The translations under genes were made by a program, and so were the position numbers. DNA of 53,450 nt from an uncultured Alphaproteobacteria bacterium. GTDB lineage: Bacteria; Pseudomonadota; Alphaproteobacteria; UBA3830; CAYLKK01. Below are positions 19,574 to 29,454 of this stretch, piece after piece. The notes beneath the pieces were generated by a model. It had not been told where the DNA came from. It saw nothing but the letters and a program-made list of their open reading frames with translations, and did no database searches. Where the stretch lies: NCBI GenBank assembly GCA_964566185.1, contig CAZMHS010000004.1, positions 1-53,450 of the forward strand, written 5' to 3'. Each line of letters begins with the position of its first letter. The first letter of the stretch is position 1.

Positions 19574-21175
19574 GTGAGCAACGAATATATAATTTATACG
19601 AAAAAGGAGAACAGTTGTTCTTCAGATTTTTTCAGGATTACGGGGTTAGATGCCTCTAGAGGTGTTTGTATTTTATCTACAACGGTGTCAGCTGTATTCG
19701 TTGATTCTAGATATCTGTTAGCTGCAAATAGAATCTTAGATAAATCGAAATTTGAATTATATGAGCTAAATTTTGATAATATCAAAAATTGGTTGATTTC
19801 TCACTGTAATGCTTTAGACACGGTAATATACGATTGGAATATTTGGACCGTTGATGAAATAAAGCGTATAACTGTTTGCTCTCTTAAGTTTGTAGGAAAA
19901 GATTTGCAAAAATTATGTCATGAAGGGCACAGTGAGATAATTGAACTTGGCATAGAATTAACAGGGAAGTGTTATAAAGAAAAATTAGAAAGTATTCGTG
20001 ACGTATTTAAATGTAGTAATGTTTTGTTGCTTACAGATTCAGATTCTATTTGTTGGTTGTTGAATATAAGAGGGAAATATATTAAAGAATCTTTATCTAT
20101 TGATGGATTTGCTTTGATTCATAAAAGCGGACATGTCGTTCTTTATACAAATAAGTGTGTTAATAATACGAGTTTTTACAATAAACATATAGATAGTTTG
20201 TTGTCTGATTTGAGTCATCTTGAAAATGTTGCGACAGATATTCGATATTTGCCATGTAAGTTGTATGAATCATATAAAACGTTTATTTTTATCGATAATC
20301 CATGTATTAATGCAAAAGCTATAAAAAATGAAGTTGAAATACGAAATATTCGACAGATACACATTAACGATGGTGTTGCTTTAACAAAATTCATTTATTG
20401 GTTGTCTAATAGATTTAATGTTACGGAAACTGATGCAGCAAATAAATTACGTAAATTTCGAAAATTATCTCCAAAGTACATTGCTGATAGTTTTTCTTAT
20501 ATTTCTGCTGCTGATGAACATGCTGCAGAAATTCACTTTCATGGAACTGCTGAGAATAATAAAAAAATAAATGGTATATATCTATTCGATACTGGAGCCC
20601 AATATTATGGGGGAACAACAGATGTAACCAGGACTGTGTGTTTATGTACTCCTACTAAACAACAAAAAGAAATGTATACTAGGGTTTTAATGGGACATAT
20701 TGATTTGTTTCTTGCTCATCCTGATAGTGATGACCTAGATCGATCTGCTCGACAGTATTTACGTGATGTAAATGTTGATTATGCGCATGGAACTGGGCAT
20801 GGAGTTGGATATATGTTAAACGTACATGAAGATGGTGTATATATTTCTGGAAATATTGCAAAACAAATGCGTTTAAAAGAAGGTATGGTGCTATCTAATG
20901 AACCTGGGTATTACGAACATGGTGCTTACGGAATTCGTTTAGAAAATATGATGTATATAGCTAAACATAACGGTAAGTTAGTTTTTAAAAATCTTACGTT
21001 AGCGCCTTACTGTAATGAGTTGATATGTGTAAACATGTTGAAGAAGAAACATAAAACATGGCTAATCGATTACTACAAAGAAATTGTTTCACGAATATCT
21101 CCTCACATTGATGCGAGTGAGCAAATATGGTTGCAAAAATATGCAAATGAACTCATAGAAGTGCTCACCGTATAG
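19574..21175 (+). CDS. Xaa-Pro aminopeptidase (M24B, aminopeptidase P family)
   Basis: GTG start. The M24 pita-bread metal-ligand blocks are present: DTGAQYYGGTTDVTRT, HGTGHGVG, SNEPGYY, and the Glu in GIRLEN. Confidence 0.82.
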   Translation: MSNEYIIYTKKENSCSSDFFRITGLDASRGVCILSTTVSAVFVDSRYLLAANRILDKSKFELYELNFDNIKNWLISHCNALDTVIYDWNIWTVDEIKRITVCSLKFVGKDLQKLCHEGHSEIIELGIELTGKCYKEKLESIRDVFKCSNVLLLTDSDSICWLLNIRGKYIKESLSIDGFALIHKSGHVVLYTNKCVNNTSFYNKHIDSLLSDLSHLENVATDIRYLPCKLYESYKTFIFIDNPCINAKAIKNEVEIRNIRQIHINDGVALTKFIYWLSNRFNVTETDAANKLRKFRKLSPKYIADSFSYISAADEHAAEIHFHGTAENNKKINGIYLFDTGAQYYGGTTDVTRTVCLCTPTKQQKEMYTRVLMGHIDLFLAHPDSDDLDRSARQYLRDVNVDYAHGTGHGVGYMLNVHEDGVYISGNIAKQMRLKEGMVLSNEPGYYEHGAYGIRLENMMYIAKHNGKLVFKNLTLAPYCNELICVNMLKKKHKTWLIDYYKEIVSRISPHIDASEQIWLQKYANELIEVLTV

Positions 21176-21302
21176 TGTTGTACTATAATAGTATCTGCTA
21201 TGCTGCTATTAAATTATTTTTTCAGTGCTACCGTAAACGGTCTATTCTATAACAATTGGTTCATGTTACTATGTTGTTATTTTACTATATTCCACAACAG
21301 GA

Positions 21303-22565
21303 TTATTCTTTTTGCAATTTTGTTATTTTTAGCATGCTAATTTGATTTCTCTGTCTGCGTAATATTTCAAATCTATAACCATACAGTATATATATTGCTC
21401 CTGCCTCTGGAATACGGCGGACTTCATGCATGACTAATCCCGCTATTGTTGTAGAACAATCTTCAATTAAGTTCCACTCTAGTTGACGGTTTATATCTCT
21501 AACAGGAACTGTTCCTTCAACAATTACGCTACCGTCTGATTGAAGTGAAATGCCATTTTGAGTTGTGTCATATTCGTCTACTATTTCACCGACTATTTCT
21601 TCTAATACATCTTCCAGTGTTACGATTCCCATTAAGTCTCCGTACTCATCTACTACGATTGCGAAATGCTCATGTCTTTTTCTGAATTCTTGTAATTGCT
21701 CCAGAAGATCAGTCGTATCAGGGATAAACCATGGTGCTGCCATAAGTTTATCAATGCCTAGTTTTGATATATTTTCTGAGCCTATTCTTTGTGCCTCAGA
21801 AAGCAGTGAACGTACACGAAGTACACCAATTATATTTTCTGGACTATCTTTCCAAACAGGTATGCGTGAATATGGCGTATCTAGCAATTTTTTGATCATT
21901 TCAGTTTTTGGCATGTCATAATCTAGTGTAGATACATTTTTTCGATGAGTCATTATTTTCGTAACATTATTTTTTCCTAAGTCGAGAACTCCGTTCAACA
22001 TGAATTTTTTTTCTTGCCCGCTTTTATTGCCGTCATCGCTATGTAATTCTATTGCTCCGCGTAATTCTTCATCCGAGTGCACCATATGTCTTGTGTTGCT
22101 TACACTAATTCCAAGTAGGCGTAAACTGTACCTTGCTATCATTTCTAAAACAGATACCGCAGGTCTTAAGATTTTTACTAACCATTGGATAAACGTAATT
22201 ACACTCATTGCAAATTCGCATGTAAAGTTTATGGCTAACATTTTTGGAAATATTTCACAATACACAGACATAATTATGGCAACGATGACCGGCAATATTG
22301 CAGAATCCATATATTCTGCAGAGAACCATGCTGTCGCGCTTGGGATTATATAATTAACAAAATTTGTTGCTACGAGAATTGTGCTAATAGAGCTTCCTAA
22401 GTGCTCTTGCGTTTTCCTTACTTTTTGTGCTCTTGTATCTCCCTTTTTCGAGAGTTGATAAATTTGTGCTCTTGATGCACCAGTGATCGCTGTTTCAGAT
22501 CCGGCAAGAACGCCTGATATAAAAATAAATGCAATCAAAAAAGCAACAAATGCGATATAAATCAT
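21303..22565 (-). CDS. HlyC/CorC-family transporter (DUF21 membrane domain, CBS pair, CorC_HlyC); TlyC-like
   Basis: N-terminal membrane domain with GSETAITGASRAQI, a central CBS pair, and a C-terminal transporter-associated domain (YRFEILRRQRNQI). Confidence 0.82.
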   Translation of the reverse strand: MIYIAFVAFLIAFIFISGVLAGSETAITGASRAQIYQLSKKGDTRAQKVRKTQEHLGSSISTILVATNFVNYIIPSATAWFSAEYMDSAILPVIVAIIMSVYCEIFPKMLAINFTCEFAMSVITFIQWLVKILRPAVSVLEMIARYSLRLLGISVSNTRHMVHSDEELRGAIELHSDDGNKSGQEKKFMLNGVLDLGKNNVTKIMTHRKNVSTLDYDMPKTEMIKKLLDTPYSRIPVWKDSPENIIGVLRVRSLLSEAQRIGSENISKLGIDKLMAAPWFIPDTTDLLEQLQEFRKRHEHFAIVVDEYGDLMGIVTLEDVLEEIVGEIVDEYDTTQNGISLQSDGSVIVEGTVPVRDINRQLEWNLIEDCSTTIAGLVMHEVRRIPEAGAIYILYGYRFEILRRQRNQISMLKITKLQKE

Positions 22566-22642
22566 AAAAACCTACTACATCATTTTAATTAGTAACAAAA
22601 TCAAATATACTCTATTTTAGAAGATATAAATAGGTTTTTCTT

Positions 22643-22801
22643 ATGAGAAAGTTAAGCAAGTTGCTGTGTTATGTTATGCTTCCTTTAATTGTTGTCATTG
22701 CAATTGGAGTATTCGTTATTAATCCGCCTGTTCCTGTTTGTAAGATTAGAGTCGATCTTCCGATAAACCATGCAGACAAATGCTTGTCTAATAGTAAATG
22801 A
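22643..22801 (+). CDS. Small hypothetical membrane protein (52 aa), translationally coupled to xerD
   Basis: MRKLSKLLCYVMLPLIVVIAIGVFVINPP... has one predicted TM helix. Its TGA stop overlaps the xerD ATG (ATGA). It falls below the size cut-off of the ORF track. Confidence 0.4.
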   Translation: MRKLSKLLCYVMLPLIVVIAIGVFVINPPVPVCKIRVDLPINHADKCLSNSK

Positions 22802-23688
22802 GCCCTGATAAGTATTTTTCGGCTTTTTTGGTATCGCTTAAAAGCGAAAGAAACCTTTCTAGTCGTACTGTGGATGCGTATGAAGTGGATTTACGACAGT
22901 TCTTTTCGTTTCTAAACGATTGTGGTGGTGTAAACGCTTTAAATGTGACAGAAGAACATATCGCAAAATTTTGCGAACATCTGTCAGATTTGTCTTCATC
23001 TTCTATGCAAAGAAAGCTGTCTGCACTAAAGCAGTTTTATAAATTTCTTCTTATCGACGGACTGATTAATAGCGATCCAACGAAGAATATCGTAAGACCA
23101 AAAAAATCTCGTTGTTTGCCAAAAACGTTGTCTTATTCTGATACTCAAAAGCTTATGACCGCTACAGACATGTTATCTAATGAGGATGAATCTAAGCGTG
23201 TAAAATTGATGTTTTTGCTACTCTATGGATGTGGTTTGCGTGTAAGTGAGATGGTATCATTAAAGGTAAATGCTATAGATGGTAATTTTATAAGAATATG
23301 CGGTAAGGGGTCGAAAGAGCGAATTACTCCTATATCTTCTACTGTTAAGCAACATTATTTTGAATATCTAAGTATTCTTTGTGATAGTAAAAGCGATTGG
23401 TTATTTCCATCTGTAAATAACATGAAGAAACATATTACACGGCAAAGAGTTTTTCAAATTTTGAAAAATGTGTCGCTGATAGCAGGCGTTGACGTTACAA
23501 AAATTTCTCCGCATGTATTACGCCATGCTTTCGCAACACATCTTTTAGATAATGGTTGTGATTTGTTGAGCGTGAAGCATATGCTAGGTCATAAGCATAT
23601 TTCAACAACAGAAATATATACACATGTTTCAAAAAGCAAATTAAAGAATATCGTGGAAGAAAAACATCCATTGGGAAAAATAAAATAA
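22798..23688 (+). CDS. xerD: Site-specific tyrosine recombinase XerC/XerD family (probably XerD)
   Basis: N-terminal SAM-like domain (ERNLSSRTVDAYEVDLRQFFSFL). Catalytic region GLRVSE, LRHAFATHLL and GHKHISTTEIYTHV (R-H-R-Y set). Confidence 0.85.
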   Translation: MSPDKYFSAFLVSLKSERNLSSRTVDAYEVDLRQFFSFLNDCGGVNALNVTEEHIAKFCEHLSDLSSSSMQRKLSALKQFYKFLLIDGLINSDPTKNIVRPKKSRCLPKTLSYSDTQKLMTATDMLSNEDESKRVKLMFLLLYGCGLRVSEMVSLKVNAIDGNFIRICGKGSKERITPISSTVKQHYFEYLSILCDSKSDWLFPSVNNMKKHITRQRVFQILKNVSLIAGVDVTKISPHVLRHAFATHLLDNGCDLLSVKHMLGHKHISTTEIYTHVSKSKLKNIVEEKHPLGKIK

Positions 23689-23813
23689 CTTTTTACTAGT
23701 TAATATATCATGTGCTGCTACTGTTTACTCGATCTGCGCTTTTTAGTACAAAGTGGTTTACATCAAAGTCGATTCATTATAACATCTACAATGGGTTCTG
23801 ATGTAATCAATAT

Positions 23814-24860
23814 ATGAATAGACTGTTCTATGAAATTGGAAGTAAAATATTGCGGCAGAGCGTTGTCATTACGGTAGCTCTAATTTTTTGTGTATGCGTG
23901 ATACAGTCTTCTAAGTTTATGCATTTTATTAGTTCATCGCAAGCAACACTTGGACAAGTAGCTGAAATTTTGTTATTGCTGTCGGTTGATATGATTGCTA
24001 TCGTTTTGCCAGTAGCTATGGCTATATCTATATGCATAGTGTTGTTTAAGTTTAAAAGATCAAATCAATTGCTGGCAATGCAGTCATTTGGAGTGCCTAT
24101 TAAGTCATTGTTAAAACCAGTTTTTTGTGTTTCGTTGCTGTCCGCTTTATGTTTGTATTCTATAACACTTTATTTTTCGCCAATTGCTTTACAGAGTTTA
24201 AAAATCATGAGAGTCGGTATGATTAACAATATATCTTTCCCAAAACATTCTGGCAATTTATTAAATATCGGCGGTATTTCCGTATTTGCGGATAGGTATA
24301 TTGGTAGTTTTAAATTTAAAAAATTAATTGTCATAGATAACAGATCACCTGGTATTTTTAGAACATATTCTGCTGATTCAGGTCAGTTGATAGATGGTGT
24401 AATTACAATGAATAATGGTGAAATCGTCGAATTTCAGAAAAAGACTAATCGAATATCATCTATAAAATTTCAAGAACATGCATATAATTTAAAAAATGCT
24501 ATACAGCGAATAGATGAGTCGTATTCATCTCATGAAATGTCATCGCTTCGATTGCTTGCAAATTTGCACGATAAAAAATGTAATGCTGAGTTTCACAATA
24601 GGATTATTTCTCCAATGTTAGTTGTCTTGTTGGGGCTATTAGCATTGCTTTGTACATGCATAAAAAATAACGTGATGAGAGTTGCAAAGAGTTCAGAAAT
24701 TATATTTGCAATATTGTCTATTACATGTGTTGAAGCTATATCATTAACTTTGTCTAACATAATGGCTCGTAATGAATTTTTTATTGCTGTATATTACGCT
24801 TTTGTAGTTATGTCGATATTATTATCGATTTTTTTGATTAATGTTTGTCTGGATAAATGA
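23814..24860 (+). CDS. lptF: LPS export ABC transporter permease LptF (YjgP/YjgQ family)
   Basis: A polytopic membrane protein with a central periplasmic domain. It is the first of two paralogous permease genes directly upstream of lptD. Confidence 0.72.
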   Translation: MNRLFYEIGSKILRQSVVITVALIFCVCVIQSSKFMHFISSSQATLGQVAEILLLLSVDMIAIVLPVAMAISICIVLFKFKRSNQLLAMQSFGVPIKSLLKPVFCVSLLSALCLYSITLYFSPIALQSLKIMRVGMINNISFPKHSGNLLNIGGISVFADRYIGSFKFKKLIVIDNRSPGIFRTYSADSGQLIDGVITMNNGEIVEFQKKTNRISSIKFQEHAYNLKNAIQRIDESYSSHEMSSLRLLANLHDKKCNAEFHNRIISPMLVVLLGLLALLCTCIKNNVMRVAKSSEIIFAILSITCVEAISLTLSNIMARNEFFIAVYYAFVVMSILLSIFLINVCLDK

Positions 24861-25897
24861 ACGGCACTTTATTTAAATACTTTCTTAAAAGTCAGTTAAA
24901 AGCGATGGTTTTAATCGCTGCTGTGATCATTTGTTTTGTATTCGTTTTTACTTGTGCTGATATGATGAGGAGAGTGACGGCTGCAGTTGAATCACCTGTT
25001 CTTATTTGCGGATATTTAAGTTTGTTACGTATTCCGTATACATGTTGTAATTTATTCGGATATATGTATTTCATCGCTGCAACATTCAGTTTATGGAATT
25101 TGTCGCAGACGAACGAAATAACAATATTAAAATCAATAGGTAAATCACCAAAACAAATTCTTTTTCCGTTCTTTTTCTTGTCGGTACTTATTGGTATATC
25201 ATACGTATTTGTTGTTCATCCTTTAAGTGTTAGAATAGATAGATTCGCTGATTATCAAGATAAGGCTTATTTGTCTAAATCTACATTGTATTCTAGAAAT
25301 TTATGGATGAAAGATGCGAATAATAATGTATTTATTGGGCAGCTTTCACGAGATAGTATGAAATGTTTGCTAATTAGGGATGTCGTAACGCATGACGAAA
25401 TGTTTGCTGATTCCGTCGATATAATAGGAAATCAGTGGCTGTTGAAGACAGGTTATAGTAGGGCTAATGGTGTTAATACTGTTTTTTCTGAGAAATTGAT
25501 TAGAGCTCCAATAGGAAATGAAGAGCTGGAGATGTATTCTATACCGCCGCAAAAATGTGGTATTTATACATTGTTGAGATGCTTGGCATCTGAGAAATCG
25601 TTTGTAACAGATTTAAGCGGATATATGATAAATTTAAACAAAGTGTTATCTACAGGTGTAGTCTTCTTGCTGTTTTCTATTATCGCAGCAATTATTTGTT
25701 TACCAATAAATCGGTATAAAACAAAAACATACGTTTCTAGCAGCGTTGTATGCTCAGCTATCGGTTTGCACCTTTTTAATAATATATGCGGAAGTATGGG
25801 TAGGAGTGGTTCATTATCTCCGCTAATATGTTCGTGGTTGCCAACGATTGTTGCGTTATCTCTCTCTATAGCTTTGTTGATATGGAAGGAAGAATGA
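24857..25897 (+). CDS. lptG: LPS export ABC transporter permease LptG (YjgP/YjgQ family)
   Basis: The second YjgP/YjgQ-like permease. It has 4-nt overlaps with both lptF and lptD. Confidence 0.72.
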   Translation: MNGTLFKYFLKSQLKAMVLIAAVIICFVFVFTCADMMRRVTAAVESPVLICGYLSLLRIPYTCCNLFGYMYFIAATFSLWNLSQTNEITILKSIGKSPKQILFPFFFLSVLIGISYVFVVHPLSVRIDRFADYQDKAYLSKSTLYSRNLWMKDANNNVFIGQLSRDSMKCLLIRDVVTHDEMFADSVDIIGNQWLLKTGYSRANGVNTVFSEKLIRAPIGNEELEMYSIPPQKCGIYTLLRCLASEKSFVTDLSGYMINLNKVLSTGVVFLLFSIIAAIICLPINRYKTKTYVSSSVVCSAIGLHLFNNICGSMGRSGSLSPLICSWLPTIVALSLSIALLIWKEE

Positions 25898-28068
25898 AAA
25901 TAAGATATTTCATAATTATTGCGTCGTTTCTAACGTTTTTTACCAGCGATGCTGATGTGCACTTCGTTATGGAAGATGAAGAAAAAATAGAGTTAATACA
26001 AGCTGATACTTCAGAATATGTTGGCGCAAATATTATACTTTCAGGACATGTTTCTATAAAATACGGAGAAAAAACGGTTGAGTGCGATACATTAACATTA
26101 GATACAGAGCAAAAAAACATTATCGCAAATGGAAATATTGTAATCGATGATGAGCTTGGAAACTCAGTAACAGCTGACAACGTGCATATAAAAAATGGAT
26201 TTAAAGATGGACTATTAAAAAAAATTAAAATTACATTAGTTGATAGATCGTATTTACAGGCAGAAGATGCTTCTTTCGTTGGAAAGGATTATTTTGAAAT
26301 GCTCGATGCAGAGTATTCTCCTTGTTACGAATGTGTAAAAGGCGATCGATTAATGTGGCGTATTAGAGCTAAGCACGTTGAAAAAAATAACGATGTTGTA
26401 GAGTATAAAAATGCTTTTTTTGATATATTAAATGTTCCAGTGATGTATCTTCCTTATATATCAATTCCTTCTCCTACATTAAAGAGAAGGACTGGCTTCT
26501 TATATCCATTGTTTACGTATGCAAAATCTAATGGATGCGTCGTAGCTCCGAGATTTTTATGGTCTATCTCTAATTCGCAGGAGGCGATTCTAAAGCCAAT
26601 ATTTACCACAAAGTCTGGTACGGTTTTTTGGGGGAGTTATTCTCACCGGTTTTATTCAGGTGTTTTTGATTTAGACTGCAGCGTTGCGGGTACTAAATCT
26701 GCATATACGGTAAATAAGAATGATGTCAGCACGCCTGATAACAATGAGCTGAAAAAAATAGATAGTAATAACTATCGAGGGCATTTGTTTTCTAGTATTA
26801 TGTATGATGTTGATAAAAGAAACCGGCTGTCTGCCCAACTAAATCTCGTGTCAGATAAATATTATTTAAGGAAAATTCCGTTTTTATGTGATGATGAAAA
26901 ACGGCTGCTTGAGAGTAATATTTGTGCAGAAAACTTTTATAAGGATAATTATACTTCTGCCAAGGCGTTATATTTTCAAACATTGAGGGCTGATGAGCGT
27001 AATTCTGATGTTCCAGTCGCTGCTCCTGTGATATCTCATTCTTCTGTGTTTGACGTTTTTAACGGTCAGTTGAGCTGTGATGCACTGTTCATGCATTTAA
27101 ATTTTTCACGAAAGTATGAGACAAATAAGTTGTTTGCTAATATGTCTTGGAAACGAGATTTCATATTGGATTATGGGCATGTCATTACGCTAGAAGGCGT
27201 TTTAAGTTCGTCTTATAATTCGATATCATACATACGTAATATGGATAACAATTCATCTCTTACAGATTTGTCCCCTATGTTAGGTGTTAAGTGGCAGTGG
27301 CCGTTGCATATTACATATAATGATTCTGTTTTTTATGCTATTTTAAAACCTGTTGTAGGTTTCGTGTATAGCCCTGTAAGAAAACTAAATTCTATATACA
27401 ATGATGCTTATACGTCTATGTACTTTTTTGCGCTTAATGATGCAAATTTATTAGATGTTATACGATCTCCTTTTTCTAATCAAATAAATGATGGAACGAG
27501 AATTCCGTACGGTGTATTTTTTGATTTGTACAAAAACACAATGCGTGTAGCAGACTTATTTCTTGGTAGATCATTTAATGTTTCAGATGTGAAAAATAAT
27601 ATAAGCGATATGAAACATAAGCATTCGAATGTAATTTCGTCTTTTAATTTATATCCGGTTGAAAACATGACATTGTTTATGAATGGTAGTTATTCAACGC
27701 ATGATGATGCATTTGCCAGAATCGAAGTTGGTGCAAAATATGATAACAATAAGATAAAATGCTCTGCGCGGGTATTTAGGTACAATTTGCAAAATTATTA
27801 TAATCGATATAATACATATAAAGGTATTCATATGAACATCGAAGCTAATGTTACTAGAACAGTATCTGTTAATGGTAGCATTATCACTGGGGGAAGTAAT
27901 TGTAGATTGTTGAAAAAATGTGTTGGTTTAAAGTATAAGAACGAATGTCTGACAGCAAGTGTGTTATTTGCCCAACACGAGTTTAAATCTGGAGATATAA
28001 GGCCAGATAGGTCTGTTACGTTATTGTTTATTTTTAAGAATTTAGGTAAGGCAGGATTTAAAATATGA
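25894..28068 (+). CDS. lptD: LPS-assembly outer membrane protein LptD (OstA)
   Basis: I place the start at 25894 (MKIRYFIIIASFLTFFTSDA signal peptide; ATGA overlap with the lptG stop). It has an OstA-like N-terminal domain and a large beta-barrel-like C-terminus. The track's upstream start (25828) lies inside lptG. Confidence 0.78.
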   Translation: MKIRYFIIIASFLTFFTSDADVHFVMEDEEKIELIQADTSEYVGANIILSGHVSIKYGEKTVECDTLTLDTEQKNIIANGNIVIDDELGNSVTADNVHIKNGFKDGLLKKIKITLVDRSYLQAEDASFVGKDYFEMLDAEYSPCYECVKGDRLMWRIRAKHVEKNNDVVEYKNAFFDILNVPVMYLPYISIPSPTLKRRTGFLYPLFTYAKSNGCVVAPRFLWSISNSQEAILKPIFTTKSGTVFWGSYSHRFYSGVFDLDCSVAGTKSAYTVNKNDVSTPDNNELKKIDSNNYRGHLFSSIMYDVDKRNRLSAQLNLVSDKYYLRKIPFLCDDEKRLLESNICAENFYKDNYTSAKALYFQTLRADERNSDVPVAAPVISHSSVFDVFNGQLSCDALFMHLNFSRKYETNKLFANMSWKRDFILDYGHVITLEGVLSSSYNSISYIRNMDNNSSLTDLSPMLGVKWQWPLHITYNDSVFYAILKPVVGFVYSPVRKLNSIYNDAYTSMYFFALNDANLLDVIRSPFSNQINDGTRIPYGVFFDLYKNTMRVADLFLGRSFNVSDVKNNISDMKHKHSNVISSFNLYPVENMTLFMNGSYSTHDDAFARIEVGAKYDNNKIKCSARVFRYNLQNYYNRYNTYKGIHMNIEANVTRTVSVNGSIITGGSNCRLLKKCVGLKYKNECLTASVLFAQHEFKSGDIRPDRSVTLLFIFKNLGKAGFKI

Positions 28069-28748
28069 GGCATGATCTTATAGATGTTATCAGATGGTAT
28101 TATCTTTCAGGCGTATGTAATACGTCTGTAGAACCTTCTACCAATGGAGAAGACAGTTTCGATGTTTCGTCCATAAAAGATTTGCGTACGTTGAAGGAGG
28201 CTATGCAAAAAATAGATTGCGAGTTAAAAGCATCTGCTACGAATATGGTATTTGCTGATGGCTGCGTAACATCTGACGTTGTGTTCGTTGGTGAAGCTCC
28301 TGGCGCGGAAGAAGATAAACAGGGAATACCATTTGTAGGACAAAGTGGACAACTTTTGAATAAGGCAATAGAAGCAATCGGATTAAGTAGAAAAGCTGTG
28401 TATATTACTAACATTATTCCATGGCGTCCGCTGGGAAATAGAACACCAACTAATAATGAGATTGCTTTGTTCAGACCATATTTAATTCAACACGTGAAAA
28501 TCATACAGCCGAAACTAGTCGTTTGCTTAGGAAGCTCTGCTGCCCGCGCTGTGCTGGCTCAAAATACTGGGATTTCAAAATTACGAGGCTCCATAATTCC
28601 AGGAGATGCAATATTCGAAAGCAAAATAAACATTATAGTTACGTTCCATCCTGCTTACCTACTGCGTTCTCCATCTAACAAAAGATGGTGTTGGGATGAT
28701 TTCGTTCGAATTGCACAAGTGCTAAAAACACATACAAGCGTCATATAA
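28065..28748 (+). CDS. Uracil-DNA glycosylase, family 4
   Basis: Family-4 signature GEAPGAEEDKQGIPFVGQSGQLL and C-terminal FHPAYLLR. Confidence 0.85.
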   Translation: MRHDLIDVIRWYYLSGVCNTSVEPSTNGEDSFDVSSIKDLRTLKEAMQKIDCELKASATNMVFADGCVTSDVVFVGEAPGAEEDKQGIPFVGQSGQLLNKAIEAIGLSRKAVYITNIIPWRPLGNRTPTNNEIALFRPYLIQHVKIIQPKLVVCLGSSAARAVLAQNTGISKLRGSIIPGDAIFESKINIIVTFHPAYLLRSPSNKRWCWDDFVRIAQVLKTHTSVI

Positions 28749-28756
28749 CGCTTGTA
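28733..28756 (-). terminator. Hairpin between the convergent udg and rpsU genes; likely rpsU terminator
   Basis: TACAAGCG (28733-28740), 8-nt loop, CGCTTGTA (28749-28756). On the minus strand it is followed by TGTGTTTTT. The udg stop codon lies in the loop. Confidence 0.5.
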
Positions 28757-28764
28757 TAGATATA

Positions 28765-28968
28765 CTAGAATCCCTCTCGATCCATTCTTTTCCTTGCGAG
28801 CTTTCTCGCTCTTCGGACGGCCTCTGCGGCTTCTCTTACTCTACGCTCAGAAGGTTTTTCGAAGTGACGGCGCAATTTAATTTCGCGAAAAATACCTTCC
28901 CTTTGCATTTTCTTTTTCAATGTTCTTAATGCCTGCTCGACATTATTGTCTCTAACAAATACTAACAT
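28765..28968 (-). CDS. rpsU: 30S ribosomal protein S21
   Basis: 67 aa and highly basic, with typical S21 sequence ([25 protein letters not shown]...). Confidence 0.93.
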   Translation of the reverse strand: MLVFVRDNNVEQALRTLKKKMQREGIFREIKLRRHFEKPSERRVREAAEAVRRARKLARKRMDREGF

Positions 28969-29005
28969 AACTCCTCAAAATAAAAACCAAACAACACTCG
29001 TGATA

Positions 29006-29449
29006 TTATCTACGAGACGAAAAAAAATCTTTTAAAATTTGCGAAATACTCGCTTCTTTAACACCACCTATCACTTCTAACTTGTCGTTCGAGCATTGTA
29101 CCATATTCTTTCTAAAAAGTATAGAGTTATGTTTTGCATTATAGGCGCCAAAGTATAATCTTTTTATTCTTGATAATAAAATTGCATTCATACACATTTC
29201 ACATGGTTCTAGGGTTACGTATATTTCACATGTATCTAGGTGGTGAGTTCCTAATGTTTTGCATGCTATTCTAATAGCCAGCATTTCAGCGTGGGCTGTC
29301 GGATCATTCATACGCATAACCTCGTTATGAGCTACTGCAACTATCTGTTTTTCGTGCGTAGTTATTACTGCTCCAACAGGTACTTCATCATTTAGCATAC
29401 CTTGCTGCGCAGCCTGTATTGCAATATCCATTGTTTTGAAATTAAACAT
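29006..29449 (-). CDS. tadA: tRNA-specific adenosine deaminase TadA
   Basis: CDA zinc motifs HAEMLAI and PCEMC; 147 aa. Confidence 0.9.
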   Translation of the reverse strand: MFNFKTMDIAIQAAQQGMLNDEVPVGAVITTHEKQIVAVAHNEVMRMNDPTAHAEMLAIRIACKTLGTHHLDTCEIYVTLEPCEMCMNAILLSRIKRLYFGAYNAKHNSILFRKNMVQCSNDKLEVIGGVKEASISQILKDFFSSRR

Positions 29450-29454
29450 TTCTA

